Assembly: GCF_036321535.1 (NCBI RefSeq)
Contig: NC_087436.1
Coordinates: 85,808,001 to 85,872,000 of the forward strand
Source of the DNA: Camelus dromedarius
Taxonomy: Eukaryota
Direction: 5' to 3'
DNA length: 64,000 nucleotides
Part shown: positions 37,416-50,392 of the stretch, piece by piece
How positions within the stretch are numbered: position 1 is the first letter of the stretch
How the letters are laid out: every line of letters starts with the position of its first letter
Translations under genes and position numbers: made by a program
The notes under the pieces: generated by a model
What the model was told of the DNA's origin: nothing
What the model saw: only the letters and a program-made list of their open reading frames with translations
The model's database searches: none

Positions 37416-39185
37416 TTTTTAAAAAGTCTTTGATAGCTGTGAAATCTCTGAACATGACGAAAGTAATAAAACCATAAATAGTTCGTGAGATGGGAAGAGC
37501 AAAGAATGGGGCTTATTACATAAAATGAACGGTACAACTCTGAAAAAGCCAGGGACCCCCTGGCTTAGATCACGAACTTTCAGCAGTGGGGAATCTGAGT
37601 CAGGGTCCTAATGCTTACATTCATGTTGGCACTGTTTGGCTAATTTTTTCAGGCAACAAGTGAAGGCGAAGAGTAGTGTCTTTACATCTACGATCGTCTG
37701 TAAGTAGTCTGTCTGTAAATCACATGCAATGCAGAAACTTAAAAATAACTCCCCGTATTTTATGGCTGCCTATCTGGACAGGCATGGAGACAATATGCTG
37801 TATTCAAGGCATCAAAGAGATATCATCAAAAGTGTGTAAATGACCTTAGGTTTATTAACGTTTTTAAGGCTATTCATGGTGTTAGTAGAGTGAGCATTTA
37901 TTGCTTGTGACAACCCCTCAGGGCAGATGCCATGGTCCTGCCACTTTAGCATGCTTGTTACTTCTTTCTTGTGTCCTAAATTTCAAGAAGATGGAAATGG
38001 ACGTTTGGAAGCTAATAATAGTGTCGTCTCATCGGCAGGAGCGAGAAGGGAGACGCCTGCGGAAAAACTATAACACCGGGTGCCTTAAGGCATCCGCAAG
38101 GGAATGAGGGAGAGAAATGGGACAGGAAGGACCACGGGGAATCAATAGCACAGGAAGGCAGGGACAATGAAAGCATGTGAGCCCGAAAATCAGCAGGAAA
38201 TAAAAATATGTATGTAAGAGCTTAAAAAATGGGAATCAGAAGCAGAGCCTGCTTGTCGTTCACTTCGGCTGTCAAAATTCACTGGGACTTTAGCAGTATT
38301 CAAACCACTTCACTTGGTAACTTCGCCTCTGGGGATCTATCTTAAGGAAGTGACCCTATTGAGAATATGTCCTTTTACTTGACATTATCAAACTTCAGCA
38401 GTGTGGGGAGGACTAGTTAAGTGAAACATTGACCACCCCCTTGACCAAATAGCCATTAGAAATGGTGTGGTCACAGCTTTCATAATAATATGGGAAACTG
38501 TTGTGCTATTTTTGCACAATAATGTATTTCTTCCTTTTATGAAAGTGAAATACAGTAATTGTGGAGAATACCAATCACGACAGCATCAAAAATAAAATAA
38601 TTTATAACCCTACTTCTAGAGATAACCAAGTTGTATTTTGGTTTACTTCCTTCCAGTCTTTTTAATGAAAGTATGCATATACATACGTATTTATAAAGAT
38701 GGGTTCCACATTGTACCAACCTTTGTAATCAAACTTAACTAAAATAGGAGGAAAAAAGTAGCAAGATCTTATACACATATGGTATCATGTATGTCTTTGT
38801 ATGACGGACTGGGGAAGGTTTCCCCATTTTTATTCCTCAATAGTTTTTTGATATTTGTCCACTTCCTTGATAGAATGGATTTCTGGTTCTCTAAGGTTGG
38901 AAATGGTAGGAGAATTGAGAAGGAGATTTGGGAAGGGATGGATGGCTGACTCCATCCTGAGATTCTCCATTCAGTGCCACCAGGTAGGATGGAGGCTTGG
39001 CGTTACCACCGGAGCTGGCAGCTTCTCTCCGAGAGCTGAAACGGGATCCTTGCAGGAGAGCATCCCCAGGCTGAAGTTGGGAAGCTAAGTCTTTGTAAAC
39101 CTGCATTGTGCAGCTGTACGTTAAGTTTCCCAATTTAGTCCTGGCCACCCTCTGACCCCCTACTTCCCCTGCCTCCTCCACATCT

Positions 39186-39213
<28 letters not shown>
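39186..39213 (+). repeat. (CA)14 microsatellite
   Basis: Read directly. Confidence 0.95.
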
Positions 39214-39216
<3 letters not shown>

Positions 39217-39649
39217 GTCTCCTCTCATTGGCAACTCTGGACTTGCTTTTATTTAAGAAGCAACTGGTTTCCTTAAAGACAGTGTGTATTATTCTCACAA
39301 TGGGAAAATAAATAAGCTTTAATGGATAAATAAACCTGGTTGCAGGGGCAGATTTCTTAGGCCCACACTAAGGTTTTCACTGATGCTGGGGGCATCCAAC
39401 ATCATGAGTTTACACTGTCGAGAAAGACTTGCACCCCCACCCGGGCTTCGTGCTTACCCTGGCTCCCTAGGTCCTGCCCAGGGCACATGACCGAGATCCA
39501 GGCCAGTCAGGCATCTTGTGACCACTCAGCTCTTCCCTTTTGCTGAATCCTGTCTTCTTTTGCTAACAAGTCCATACAGAAAGAGCAGCTGGGCCCCAAA
39601 AGGGTATTTTATCAGGGAGGAATTAGCCTGGTTCTCTGACACCAAGATG

Positions 39650-39900
39650 AGTGTGTTTGAAGATTATTGTTACTCTGCTCCTTGACCCTCTGTCCTTCAG
39701 TCTAAATAACCCCAGTTCTTTCAGTTTTTTCCCCCATAAGCATTATTGTTTCCTACCCTTTAATATCCTTACAATTCTTCTCGGAACCTCTCCCAGTCTT
39801 CCTCTTCCCTCTGTAATTACAGGGCTCAGATACAATATTCTAGGAAGCGCTTGAGCCGTGCTCAGTAAAATGGAAAGCTTATCTCAAGATTCCTACATGC
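39650..39900 (-). mobile_element. L3/CR1 LINE fragment
   Basis: ctgtccttcagtctaaataaccccagttct...gaacctctcccagtc...tacaatattctagg. Confidence 0.55.
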
Positions 39901-40364
39901 TGGGGTTTATGCAGCCTTCCCAGAGTCACGCAACGCTGTATTTTTAAGCAACTGCTTAAGAATGCCTCGTGAGCAGTTTATTATCTCCCAGGAGCAGAAG
40001 CCTGCAGAGGTGGGCATGGTGCAGGGGCCCCGGGGGGGCACAACACGACCAGCCGTGCTGGCAGCCGGCACTGTGGGCACAGGAGGCATACTTGGAGAGT
40101 TAGGCCCTCGGGCCCTGGGTCCCTTTTTAAGAGCATTTTCCTCTTCAGAGGCCTCCTCTCCCACCAAACAGACTGCTCCTTAACCTTCCAAAGTAAGAAA
40201 GAATCTAATATCATCATTTATGCTTTGCCTAAAACTCAGTCATGTCAGTGTGTGTTTCATTCAGGAATTTACGTTTTTAACCCTTTTGGTTTTAACTGAA
40301 GAGTGAGACACATTCACTACTGAGAGAATATCAAACAATAGCAAATGAATGGGCCGTATCATGT

Positions 40365-40482
40365 CTATCTATTATCTATCTACAGATCTATTTACCTACC
40401 TATTATCTATCTATTTATAGATCTATTATCTATCTATCCACCTATGATCTATTTTCTATCTATCCATCTATCTGTCATCTAT
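40365..40482 (+). repeat. Degenerate (TATC)n microsatellite
   Basis: Read directly. Confidence 0.9.
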
Positions 40483-40614
40483 CGGTCATTCCTTCTTTGT
40501 TCTTGCCTCTGGCTCACTGGCCAGGCTGCTGTTTCTGCCTATTGGGATACCTAAGGGGACTGAGACAGACCAGCTACTCTGTCTCCTCCCTTCTCTCTCC
40601 CCTCTTTCCTTCCT

Positions 40615-40747
40615 TCTATTCATTCAACAAAACTCTGTTGGGTACCTTCTCTGCTCCTTCCACGTTGTCAGCAAAATTCTGGGATTAAAATAATGAAAAA
40701 ACAAAACAGAGCCCCTGCCTCCAAAGGACTCGTAATTTGGTAGGAGG
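40615..40747 (-). mobile_element. L2 3' fragment
   Basis: ttcattcaacaaaac...agcccctgcctccaaagg. Confidence 0.55.
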
Positions 40748-41126
40748 TGTAATTTCATCCAGACTGATGAGAAGAGAAGTGTAATGAAGCATCTAGACAC
40801 AGCCCTGGATGTCGTGTGGCAAGAAAAGAGTTGTCGTTCCCACCCGGGAGTGGAGGAGACAGCTGGAAAGCCCTCTTGCGGGGAGGGCGCTGAAACTTTT
40901 CTTCTACTATGAGCCCATGCTCCTCCTTTACAATCTTCTGTCCCACACCTCCCAAGATGCAAGCGAGACAGAAATACTTTTTTTCCTTCTGAGCCAGTTG
41001 TGTTTCTGCTTTCCTGTTCACTCCAGGGCGGCTGGGTCACAACTTCGTAGCCTGGAGGCTCTTGTTTTAACTTCCTCTCGACACAGAACTATGGAAGCCC
41101 TCAGTGTATAAACAATCTGTGAGTAT

Positions 41127-41128
<2 letters not shown>

Positions 41129-41174
<46 letters not shown>
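41129..41174 (+). repeat. (GT)23 microsatellite
   Basis: Read directly. Confidence 0.95.
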
Positions 41175-41176
<2 letters not shown>

Positions 41177-41360
41177 TGTGAGTGCTGTACACATGACCAA
41201 GTACTAGAAATCTCCTTCCTTGGGATTCAGTGGGAGAGTTGAGGAACCTTGGACATTGGAAACTAGGATCTCATTTTTTTCATGCAAGTAAGTACAAATC
41301 AAATACATCTTTATCTGCTTGTGCTTTTTTTCACTCTTCATTTTCCACAGCAATTTATTA

Positions 41361-41659
41361 CAGCAAACCTCAGAGATACTCCATGTTCGGTTCCAGGCCA
41401 CTGAAATAAAGTGAGTATCACAGTAAAATGATCCACATGAATTCTTTGGTTTCCCAGTGCATACAAAAGTTATATTTATACTATACTGTATTAAGTGTGC
41501 AGTAGTCTAAGAAAACAACCTTAATTTAAAAATAATGCTATTGGAAAAATGGCAGCTATAGACTTGTTCAACGCAGGGTTGTCACGGATCTTCAATTTGC
41601 AGAAAACGCAGTATCTATGAAGTACAGTAAAAGCAGCGTAACAAAGCTAGGCATGGCTG
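41361..41659 (+). mobile_element. Internally deleted Tigger1-derived MITE
   Basis: ta|cagcaaacctcagagata...gttcggttccag left end and gactgttcaacgcagggttg-like...gcatggctg right end, both Tigger1-like. Confidence 0.8.
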
Positions 41660-41669
41660 TGTTCCAATG

Positions 41670-42472
41670 TTTAAGTAAACTACTGTTCCTTCTCTGCTCC
41701 CCTCCTCACAGCACTGCTGACACTATGTACGGGCTTTTCCACACCAAGCAATTCTCCGGCTCTTGGTGTCATACGTTTAACTGCCACTTACTGCCCAGAG
41801 GGCGCAGACCCCACAGGGGAAGCGCTTGGTCCCACAAGGCTTCAGACACCTCTCGTAAGTCCATGCTGTCACCTGTGCTTCTGACCAGCCAGCCATCGAT
41901 CCAGGGCTTCCACGACCTTTTCCTTAGGGTTTGATAATTTGCTAGAATGGCTCTCAAAACTCAGGAAAAAAATTTACCAGAGTACCAGTTTATTGGAATA
42001 GGGTACAACTCAGAACCAACCAGATGGGAGAGATGCGCAGGGCAAGGTGTAGGCAAGGAGTGCTGAGCTTCCGTGCCTTCTCAGGGCGCGCCACCCTCTC
42101 AGCATCTCCACGTGTTCCCCAACCGGGAAGCTCTCTAAATTGCATTGTTTAGGGTTTTTATGGACGTTCCATCAGGTAGGAATACTTGATTAAATCATTG
42201 ACAATTGGTGCTTGAACTGAGTCTTCAGCCCTTTCCCCCTCCCTCAAGATCAGTGGGTAGAGCTGAAAATTCCAACTGTCTAATCACTAGCTAGTTCCTC
42301 TAGTAACCAGACCCCACTGTGAGGCTGTCCTGGAGCCTCCAGCCACCTGTCATCTCATTAGCATACAAAAAGACACTTATCACAGAGGAGATTCCAAGGG
42401 TTTTAGGAGCTGCTTGTCAGGAAAGCAGCAAGGCAGGCAGAAATCAAATATATATTTCTTATTCTGTCCCAA
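41670..42472 (-). mobile_element. MER21-like ERVL LTR
   Basis: catctcattagcatacaaaaagacac, gagattccaagggttttagga and ctgtgcttctgaccagcc. Confidence 0.8.
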
Positions 42473-42504
42473 TGTTATTCTTACATTTGAATTTACCTTG
42501 AATA

Positions 42505-42850
42505 TTAGACTATAAGGTCCTTGAGAGGAAGGACCAAACCGTATACATCTTGATACAACCTTTAGCTCTTCACATACACTCAATAAATACTTGTTAAATA
42601 AATGAATAACTTCATTAGTCAAAACAAGTATTTTCTAAATGTTTGTTGAATGAATAAATGAATTCATGTGTATTGATCTCTTGTAAGTTTATTTGGTTTC
42701 CACAGTAAAATTGACACCATTGTTTCAGTGCCACGGTGTTTCCAGCCCTAGGAGGATTTTGGACACATGTGAGGTATCTTTAGTTGTCATAATGTTGGAG
42801 GAAACATCTCTGGCAATGCATAGGACAGTCCCACACAAATTCACTCCAGA
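42505..42850. mobile_element. L2 3' end (plus strand) followed by a MER20-like fragment
   Basis: ttagactataaggtccttgag...tgttgaatgaataaatgaa; ttagttgtcataatgttgg...caggacagtccc-like. Confidence 0.6.
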
Positions 42851-43391
42851 CTTACAAGTAGGTGAAAAGTGTCTTTCTACTTATGAATCCCCAAACTAAC
42901 TCAATTGTACCCATAAATACAGAGCACTTTCGGCATCATTTTAATACATGCTCATTGTCCCAGCAATAGAACAATCATACGAAGCAAGGGATGGTTGTAC
43001 TTTGACTTTTTGGAAACTTTAACAAGAATTGTTAACCATTTTCAAAAATCATGTCACCTGTGGCAACAGCCCTCATGGCATACAAGTCGTCATCACAGCT
43101 CAGCTCAATTTGTCAGCATTTGTGATCGTGCATTCATAGTGCTTCTCTGTAAAGATCTAGCACCTGACAGTCATCGCTACATCTTGGTGTGGTCGTGCCT
43201 AAGCATTTGTGACTGAAATACACATTACTTTGTTGTAAATTACTTTCCTTTTATTTATTTTATACTACATTGATTTTTATATTGATTTTTTAAAAATTAT
43301 GTATGATGGTGGTTATATTAGCTATACATTTCAGTTCAAGGTAATAAAGGATGAGCTATATGATATTTGTATTAAAAACAGACTTTGGGTC

Positions 43392-43748
43392 TGCTATAAA
43401 CTGAATGTTGGTGTCCCCCCCTTTCCCTGCAGATTTCCTATGTTGAAGCCCACTCCTCACATGNNNNNNNNNNNNNNNNNNNNNNNNNNNNNNNNNNNNN
43501 NNNNNNNNNNNNNNNNNNNNNNNNNNNNNNNNNNNNNNNNNNNNNNNNNNNNNNNNNNNNNNNNNNNNNNNNNNNNNNNNNNNNNNNNNNNNNNNNNNNN
43601 NACTATGAATCAGGCTCTCACTGGACACTAAATCTGCCAGTGTCTTGATCTTGGACCTCCCAGCCTCCAGACTGTGAGACATGAACGTCTGCTGTTTGTG
43701 CACCGCCCAGGCTGTGGTGCTGCGTCACAGCAGCCTGAACAGACCACA
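43392..43748 (+). mobile_element. MaLR LTR (MLT1A/B-like), middle hidden in N
   Basis: tgctataaactgaatg start, ttgatcttggacctcccagcctccagactgtgaga, and cagaccaca end. Confidence 0.9.
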
Positions 43749-44408
43749 GCTGGGGCTGGGAGGGCTGAGGTCTTCTTTCTCTCCCACACTTTGCTGCTTC
43801 GACAACTTTTTTTTCTGCTTACAACCTCAAAGAATCATGGGGAGACGACTGCCATCTCTTAGATCCCTTGTCCCCTTTATACTTCCCGAGAAGGCCTTCC
43901 CACCTTACTTGGGTGCCCTCAGTTATCCTTCCTAAGGGGTGCAGTGCTGCCTCCCCAGGTGTCTGCTGATGGTGACACCTGACAAATCCTCCTTCCTTAG
44001 AGCTTAGCCATTCATCTTGGTTTGGAGCATTGCTCTTCTGCCAGATGAACAATGACATCAAACTCAGTAATGAGGCTGGGATTAGCTGGCCAAGAGGAGG
44101 AGGTTGGCTCAGGCCAGAGAAGTTGTTAGGAACTGTTGGTTTATTATCTCAACTCCCGAGAGAAGCTTTTGGTCATATCCTGGGCTTTCTATAGAAGGCA
44201 TGTCTGCACACAGCACAGGGGTGGCCCATACAGTGTCTTTGTATGAATTTGAAACGGTGCCCCTTGGAAGGCAAAGAGTTGCTACAAGGCTTCTTCTCCC
44301 CTGGCTGGTGCGGCTGAGCCTTGATCAGAGCCGGGATGGATCACAGCTCCCACTCACCTCTGCAGCAAGGACAGCCCTGACTTGGGCCTTTAAAGATTTA
44401 CTTTTAAT

Positions 44409-44478
44409 GAATGATGATCACCTGGGGCTGGGCTAAGGGATACGAATGATGATCATCTGGGGCTGGGCTAAGGGATAC
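44409..44478 (+). repeat. 2 x 35-bp tandem duplication
   Basis: gaatgatgatcaYctggggctgggctaagggatac twice, one mismatch. Confidence 0.95.
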
Positions 44479-44589
44479 TTGTGGCTACCTGAGGTCTAGG
44501 CTCCAGAGAATTAATTTCCAAAATATGTCTCTCATGGGCCTCCATCCAGCTAAGACCTTGGATCCTATAGGCAGGCTGCCTGATCCAAA

Positions 44590-44790
44590 ACTCAGTTCTA
44601 TCATTCAGTATCTCGGAACCATTGGCAAGGTGGGTGAACTTGGGAAATTTACTTAAACTTTTAATACCTGTTTTCACATTTGTACAATAGGGATAGTAGT
44701 ATATCTAATTCTCTAATAAGGTTGTTACATGGATTAAATGAGTTAATATATGTCCAGGGTGTAGAACAGTACACCCTGTTAAGAATTATA
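44590..44790 (+). mobile_element. MIR SINE
   Basis: aacttgggaaatttacttaaac...ggattaaatgagttaatatatgt. Confidence 0.75.
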
Positions 44791-45252
44791 TAAATTTATA
44801 TAAAAGTTTAGAACACTTTATATAAATTCCATATCTTTATTGCTACACTTCCTAAATTATATGAAATTATGTTTGCATCTTTGCTACTAGACCGAATCTC
44901 TTACAAAGCAAGACTACTTTTTACCCACTTTGAATCTCTCACACAGTAGCAGAGTGACTGCTCCTCCTGGCTCAGTGAATGGTGTTGATTGACTGACTAA
45001 CAGACTGAATGAATGAATGAATGGATTCCCAGGGCAGAGCAGTGCCTTCAGGACACCCTCTTCCCTGGTAGGGCTTCTCCCAATATGCCAAGCCTTGAAG
45101 TAGAGGAATTAGCAGGAGCAAGGAGGTTCCCTGCCCTTCCTGATCGCACCTGAAGTTACCAACAGGCAGAGAGACTGTCTGGCTACCAACCAATGCTGTT
45201 AAATGAACAAAGACATCTGTGGTCTCTGGGGCTGCCCGTCTGGCACCTTGCA

Positions 45253-45265
45253 GGAAAGTGAAACC
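45253..45265 (+). promoter_or_regulatory. ISRE / IRF-E motif
   Basis: ggaaagtgaaacc matches GAAANNGAAA in unique sequence; motif only, no binding data. Confidence 0.45.
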
Positions 45266-45850
45266 GAGTGTGAAACACACCTGTTCTCTCTGGCCTTTTA
45301 ACTGGCAGGGCTTTAATTGCTAAGGGGCGGGAGAGGTGGGAGGTCCAGGCTTTGAAAGAGCCAGGGGATTAATTGTGTGTTAATGGATGGATGTACAGGG
45401 GTGAGGCGGCGGCGGTGGGGGGGGGGGGGACAGCCCGGGTCGGGAGGGGAGTGGGGAGCAGTTGCACATTCTGGCCTCTTGGCCTCTTTCTTCTTCACTG
45501 CTGTATGCCTTGTCAGCAGCCAGATGGCCCAGACCAAAATGAAAACAAATTCAGTTTGGGAAGAGAAACCGTAGAGCATGTCTCTAGTGAGTAATGATCC
45601 TGAGCGGCATGTCCAGTTCTGGAGCTGTCCTTTGTTGCTCACATTTCAAACAGTGAATTTCCAACCTCCAGTCAAGGCATTCGAGGCCTTTCAGGGTTTG
45701 AGAGTTTCAGCCCCAATTCCCTCTCCCCAACCAAATTCTTCTCTGTCCTTCAAATCTTAGTGCACATTTTGGCCTCAGCATTGTTGCTGTTATCTCTGTG
45801 CAAAATGCCCTCTGCCTATTCAACTGCTCTTGTTAAAAACTCCCATTCTT

Positions 45851-45962
45851 GTGACAATGAATGTATGTATGTTCATGTATAACTGAAAAATTGTGCTCTA
45901 CCCTGAAATTTGACACAACATTGTAAACTGACTGTAACTCAATAAAAAAATGTTTATATAAA
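45851..45962 (+). mobile_element. Short camelid-type L1 3' end
   Basis: Exact 16-bp TSD aaaaactcccattctt at 45835-45850 and 45963-45978. Confidence 0.9.
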
Positions 45963-46649
45963 AAAAACTCCCATTCTTTAGGGCTCCACTTAAATGCATT
46001 TCCTTGAAGACACCTCTGAGATCCTCTTAACTCAAGCCATTTTAAGACTCTCATAATCCCATGTACTTTTCTACCTCCATTTGTACCCAAGATATTAAAA
46101 TTTCAAAATATAACTTTCCTTATTAAATTACTTATTATTTTTAAAACATTTAATTTACAATTTGCCGTGGTATTTTGGCAAATCATTGTTTATCCCTGGG
46201 AATTCTGGTAAAGTTAAGAAAATCTACTCTATAGATTGTTTTCAATTTATAATGATATTTTATAAATTTTAAATTTGACTATCATTGAAGATAATAAATG
46301 CTTATAAATTTTGGTTTTACTGTTTTTCTTTACATATTAGGAAGCCATTACTTTTTTATTTGGTTCTGCAATCTCCATAGGCCCTTGGAAAGCTGGGTGG
46401 CCCTGGATTCTAGGCTATAACTTCTAAACGGGACAGAGCCCTGTCACCAACAGATGCACTCTCTTTCTTCTTGAGCACAAGGCTCTCTGCACCTCTAGTG
46501 GAGGGCTAATTTTGATCAAATTCTGCCCTTGATTCAGCATCTAGCTACCCGCTAGAAACAGAGGGTCACAGGAGATGGTCACGACCAACCAAAAAGATGC
46601 CATAATTGTGAACTTGTAGGCACCAGATAGTATGCTATGAAAACACAGA

Positions 46650-46875
46650 AATCAAACATGTCAAATCATAAGGAGAAATTTTAAAACTCTTCATAATAGT
46701 TGTAGATTTTTATATACTAGTAGATTCAAAGTACACAAATTATAAAAGATACGGAAGACTTGAATAACACAGCTACAAACTTGATGATATAAGTACTTAT
46801 AAAACCCTGTACTTAACAATGTGACTATACATTGTTCATAAGCACACACATACCATAGAAGACACCATACTCTGG
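46650..46875 (+). mobile_element. Old L1M ORF2 endonuclease-region fragment
   Basis: gatacggaagacttgaataacac...tacattgttcataagcacac. Confidence 0.6.
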
Positions 46876-47734
46876 TGAGGTTGTCCTCAGACTGAGAAGC
46901 ACAAATGAATGGGGAATTCTCCCTGCTTAGTTTGGTGAGAATGACTGAAGGTGGCTGTCACCAGTGGTGTCTGGAAAGGTTTTATAGGGTGGTCTTGAAG
47001 GAATTCACTTGTTAAGGTGGTAAGGAAGAGAACACATTCCAGTAAGTAGAACTAGCTTATAGAGACCAAAAAAAAAGAGCCTCAAAGGGGGAAATAGCAA
47101 GTACTTCTATGTGACTAGAGTGTAGGGAATGTTGAGAAGACACTGGAATTTTAAGCAGTAACCATTAAGAGATGGCCTTACAAGACATACTTTACCTTAC
47201 AAAGTAGCAGTTTCTAAAATGGGGCTACCCAGACATGGCCATTGATTTTTGCCATATCCATTCACCAAATGTATTTTTTAATCTTAATGTTCTTTAAGTC
47301 AACAAACTCTAAAACTCAAGTACATTTACTGAAAAAAGAAATTGCAAAACACCTCTGTAAATGAACAACTGGTAACCTTGTCATTAATAGGAATTAACTA
47401 TAAAAAAAAATATAATGAAAGCAAAACAAGATGACTACATTCTAGTTATGTATTATGGACTATGGTGAGCATCCCACATACCCCCTCTCCAGCAAAATAA
47501 AAACTATCAGTGTGCTACTAATTGTGGGTTATTATTCACATTTAAAAAAAACTGATGCAAAGGAAGAAATCTGTAGTGTTAGAATCACAGGGCCTTCAGA
47601 GAATCTCATTTATTTAGATCACTTAGGTAACCCTTCTCTTCACCAAATGTTTCTGCAGTCCACAGAATAAAGTAATAATAAATGCCCTCTTAATTAACAG
47701 GGATATGGTGAGGATTTAATGAGTTTGTGTAGCG

Positions 47735-47960
47735 GATCATAGCCTGATATTTACTGAGTGCTTATTACAGACATACTGTTAAATGTTTTATACACATTAT
47801 TTAATCCTCATAGGGTAGGTACTATTATAGTTACCATTTTACAGAGGATGAAGCAAAGCCTCAGAGAGGTTAAGTAACATGCCCAGGATAGCATAGCAAA
47901 CAATTCAGAGCCAGAAACTGAACTCAGAGCTTCTTGGTTTTTAAGCTTTCAGTGTTAGTT
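47735..47960 (-). mobile_element. MIR SINE
   Basis: ccattttacagaggatgaagcaaagcctcagagaggttaagtaacatgcccagg. Confidence 0.85.
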
Positions 47961-49999
47961 CTAATAACATTTTTTATTTGAATAGTTTATTTTCCTTTTC
48001 CCAGAGGCTTTTCCTTGTCACCAGATTCCATTTAGAGGCAGGGGATTAATGTTACTAATATTGCCAGGGAAAAAGCAGGGAGAAAACCATATACCCAAAT
48101 CCACTGACCACCAGTTGGCTGGATAATTATTTTCATACTTGACTAAGTTTACTGAATTGTTTCATCACCTCTATACAATTAGGAACAAAGGCCATTCAAT
48201 CAGTTCAGGCAAAAAAGTCTTCACATTAAACAGCTGAACCTATCTGCCTCCCTGCCTCCCTTGAGAATGATCTGGTTTTAATCTAATGAACTTCAAGAAA
48301 TATTCAGCTTATCATGTGCTTTTCCTTGGGTTGAATGCTGGAAAACTCATGGTGAAACTGGAGCCTTCCATCTACAAAGGGTTCATCTGCACACTTGACT
48401 CCCAGATTTCTCTTATTTTCTAACGTTATTGTCCCCTTGGCCTGATTGCCTCATCTATCTATTTATTTGAGATAAGTTCTTATTTTTTTAAAATTAAAAT
48501 TAAGGTTTAAAGTATATGAAGGTATCTTTATAAGATGATACCATTGGACACCAACAGATTTTGACAGTCATGTGTGTAAACATGTGCACTTATTGTAGGT
48601 TAACTGTTTTCCGTTTTAACAAAAGTTTCTGGATCCAAGTTCACGATTCCACAGAAATGTTGGTGATTGTCTTGGGAGCTTAATGCCTTCCTCCATTGGA
48701 AAACCCCAGTCTTCTTTTTCCTTTATTTTCATTAAATCTGGAAGTTTGGGGTATTTGACAATTAATATGTTTACTTTCTCCGTTTCAAGTATTTTCCTGT
48801 GTATTTTTATAAGCTAATTAAATTCCTTTAAGAAGTTGGAATATCAAGACAGCAATTAATTACTTCATTAACAAAATGACTATCCCCGAGTCCACTTCCC
48901 CAGTTCCTCAATCATTTCCTGGGTTGGCTAATCCACAAGCAGATGCGCAGAATGCCTAAAAAACACCTTCATTTTGTTTTTCTGAACCATCAAAGTGAAT
49001 AGCTTTTTACCATTATGAGAAATAAAAAAGCCTAATAAAATCTAGGTGATTGATCCCTTTTATGCCTCTTGAGGGGTTTCCTGAGACATCAATTAGACGC
49101 TTGTTTTATTTCTCTGACAGAGGCTCACCTTGGAAGAGCCAGGGGCAGGATCTGTGGGCAGAGGACCAAACAGGTTTGGAGGCTCTAACCACCAAGCTGA
49201 TAGCAGAGGCCCCCGGCTGGACTGGGATTCCATCCCTGTGTGCAGAGGGCAGAGCCACCCATCTGGCATCAGACCAGGGCCCAAGGTATCAGCTGAGAGC
49301 TCAGCCTGCCCCTGTGCCATGAGGCACCTGCTTTCTACTTGACCTAAGGAGGCAGCAGGGCCATATCTGCAAGCTACACCAGAACTATTGCTATTATTAT
49401 GACTATTATGACTTACTTTTTAAACACCAAGTGAATTGGGTCCGATTATCCATAACGGCCAAGACTGTTAAGTTAGCTGTCTGGTATTTAGGGCCCGGCA
49501 TTTGCCTGTGTCTGCCAGTAAAGGCATGTCCCAGGCCTGTAGGAGAGGGACAATGCCTCATCTTCTGCACCCAGCAATGCATCTTTCCTAGGCAGGAAAG
49601 GACCTCGCCAGCCACAAGTAGGCTGTTAGCTGGATCCCTGATACAGCATCATCTCCAACTCCCCAGGAGCCATCAGAGATCCGGCGTTCCCTGAGCCCAT
49701 CTCTTGTGGTCCAGGGCATTCATTTACCCAAGTGAAGGGTGTGATCTGGGCTTGCATCATAGCCTCTGATAGAAGAGACTTTCTCTGTGGTCTTTTTCTA
49801 TTTCCCTTTTTAGGTGTCCTTCTTTGCCCTGCCTAACTGATGATGATTAAAGACAAGTATTTGGGCTTATTACACATAATAAGCATTACACAACTTCACA
49901 CTCTTAAAAAAGAGTTAAGGACACATAGAGCTTTGGCTGATATGTGTTGATTTGTGGCGATATGTCTGTGAGTATTCGCTATTTTAGAAATTTAAAATG

Positions 50000-50392
50000 A
50001 AAAACTTAAAAATACATATTAATGAATTGAGGAATAACAAAAATAAACATATAGTATGCTAACATCAATACAATTTTTATGAAAATAACTACTTTCAAAG
50101 ACTAAAAAAATGTAATGAGGAAAGTCACATTGCTCTACAGTTTTTGCAAAACTCTAATATCTGGCTTGATAGAAACAGCTGGATTCTAATATTTGCTTCT
50201 TCATACAGTCTTGTGATTTCACGTGTCATATACCTTCTAGAAAACCCTGCTGTATGCTCACAAGAAAATGGGAATGAGAAAAGACCAGCAATACTCTAGT
50301 ATTGTCATGAAAGTAGCTTTGACTCTGTAGATGCCCTGAAAGGTCTTGGCACCCTCTCCAGGGTCCCAGGGCCACACTTGAGAACTGGTGAC
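50000..50392. mobile_element. Charlie1-family hAT element
   Basis: tctggcttgatagaaacagctggattct and a gggccacacttgagaactgg terminus. Confidence 0.75.

Noticed and set aside
44409-44478. Box C/D snoRNA or CRISPR-like repeat (atgatga motif in a direct repeat)
   Set aside because: Only two adjacent copies with no spacer, and no suitably placed D box or terminal stem
46488-46507. CTCF-like motif (also about 41795-41808 and 8235-8248)
   Set aside because: Each mismatches key consensus positions; too weak without a PWM scan or ChIP data
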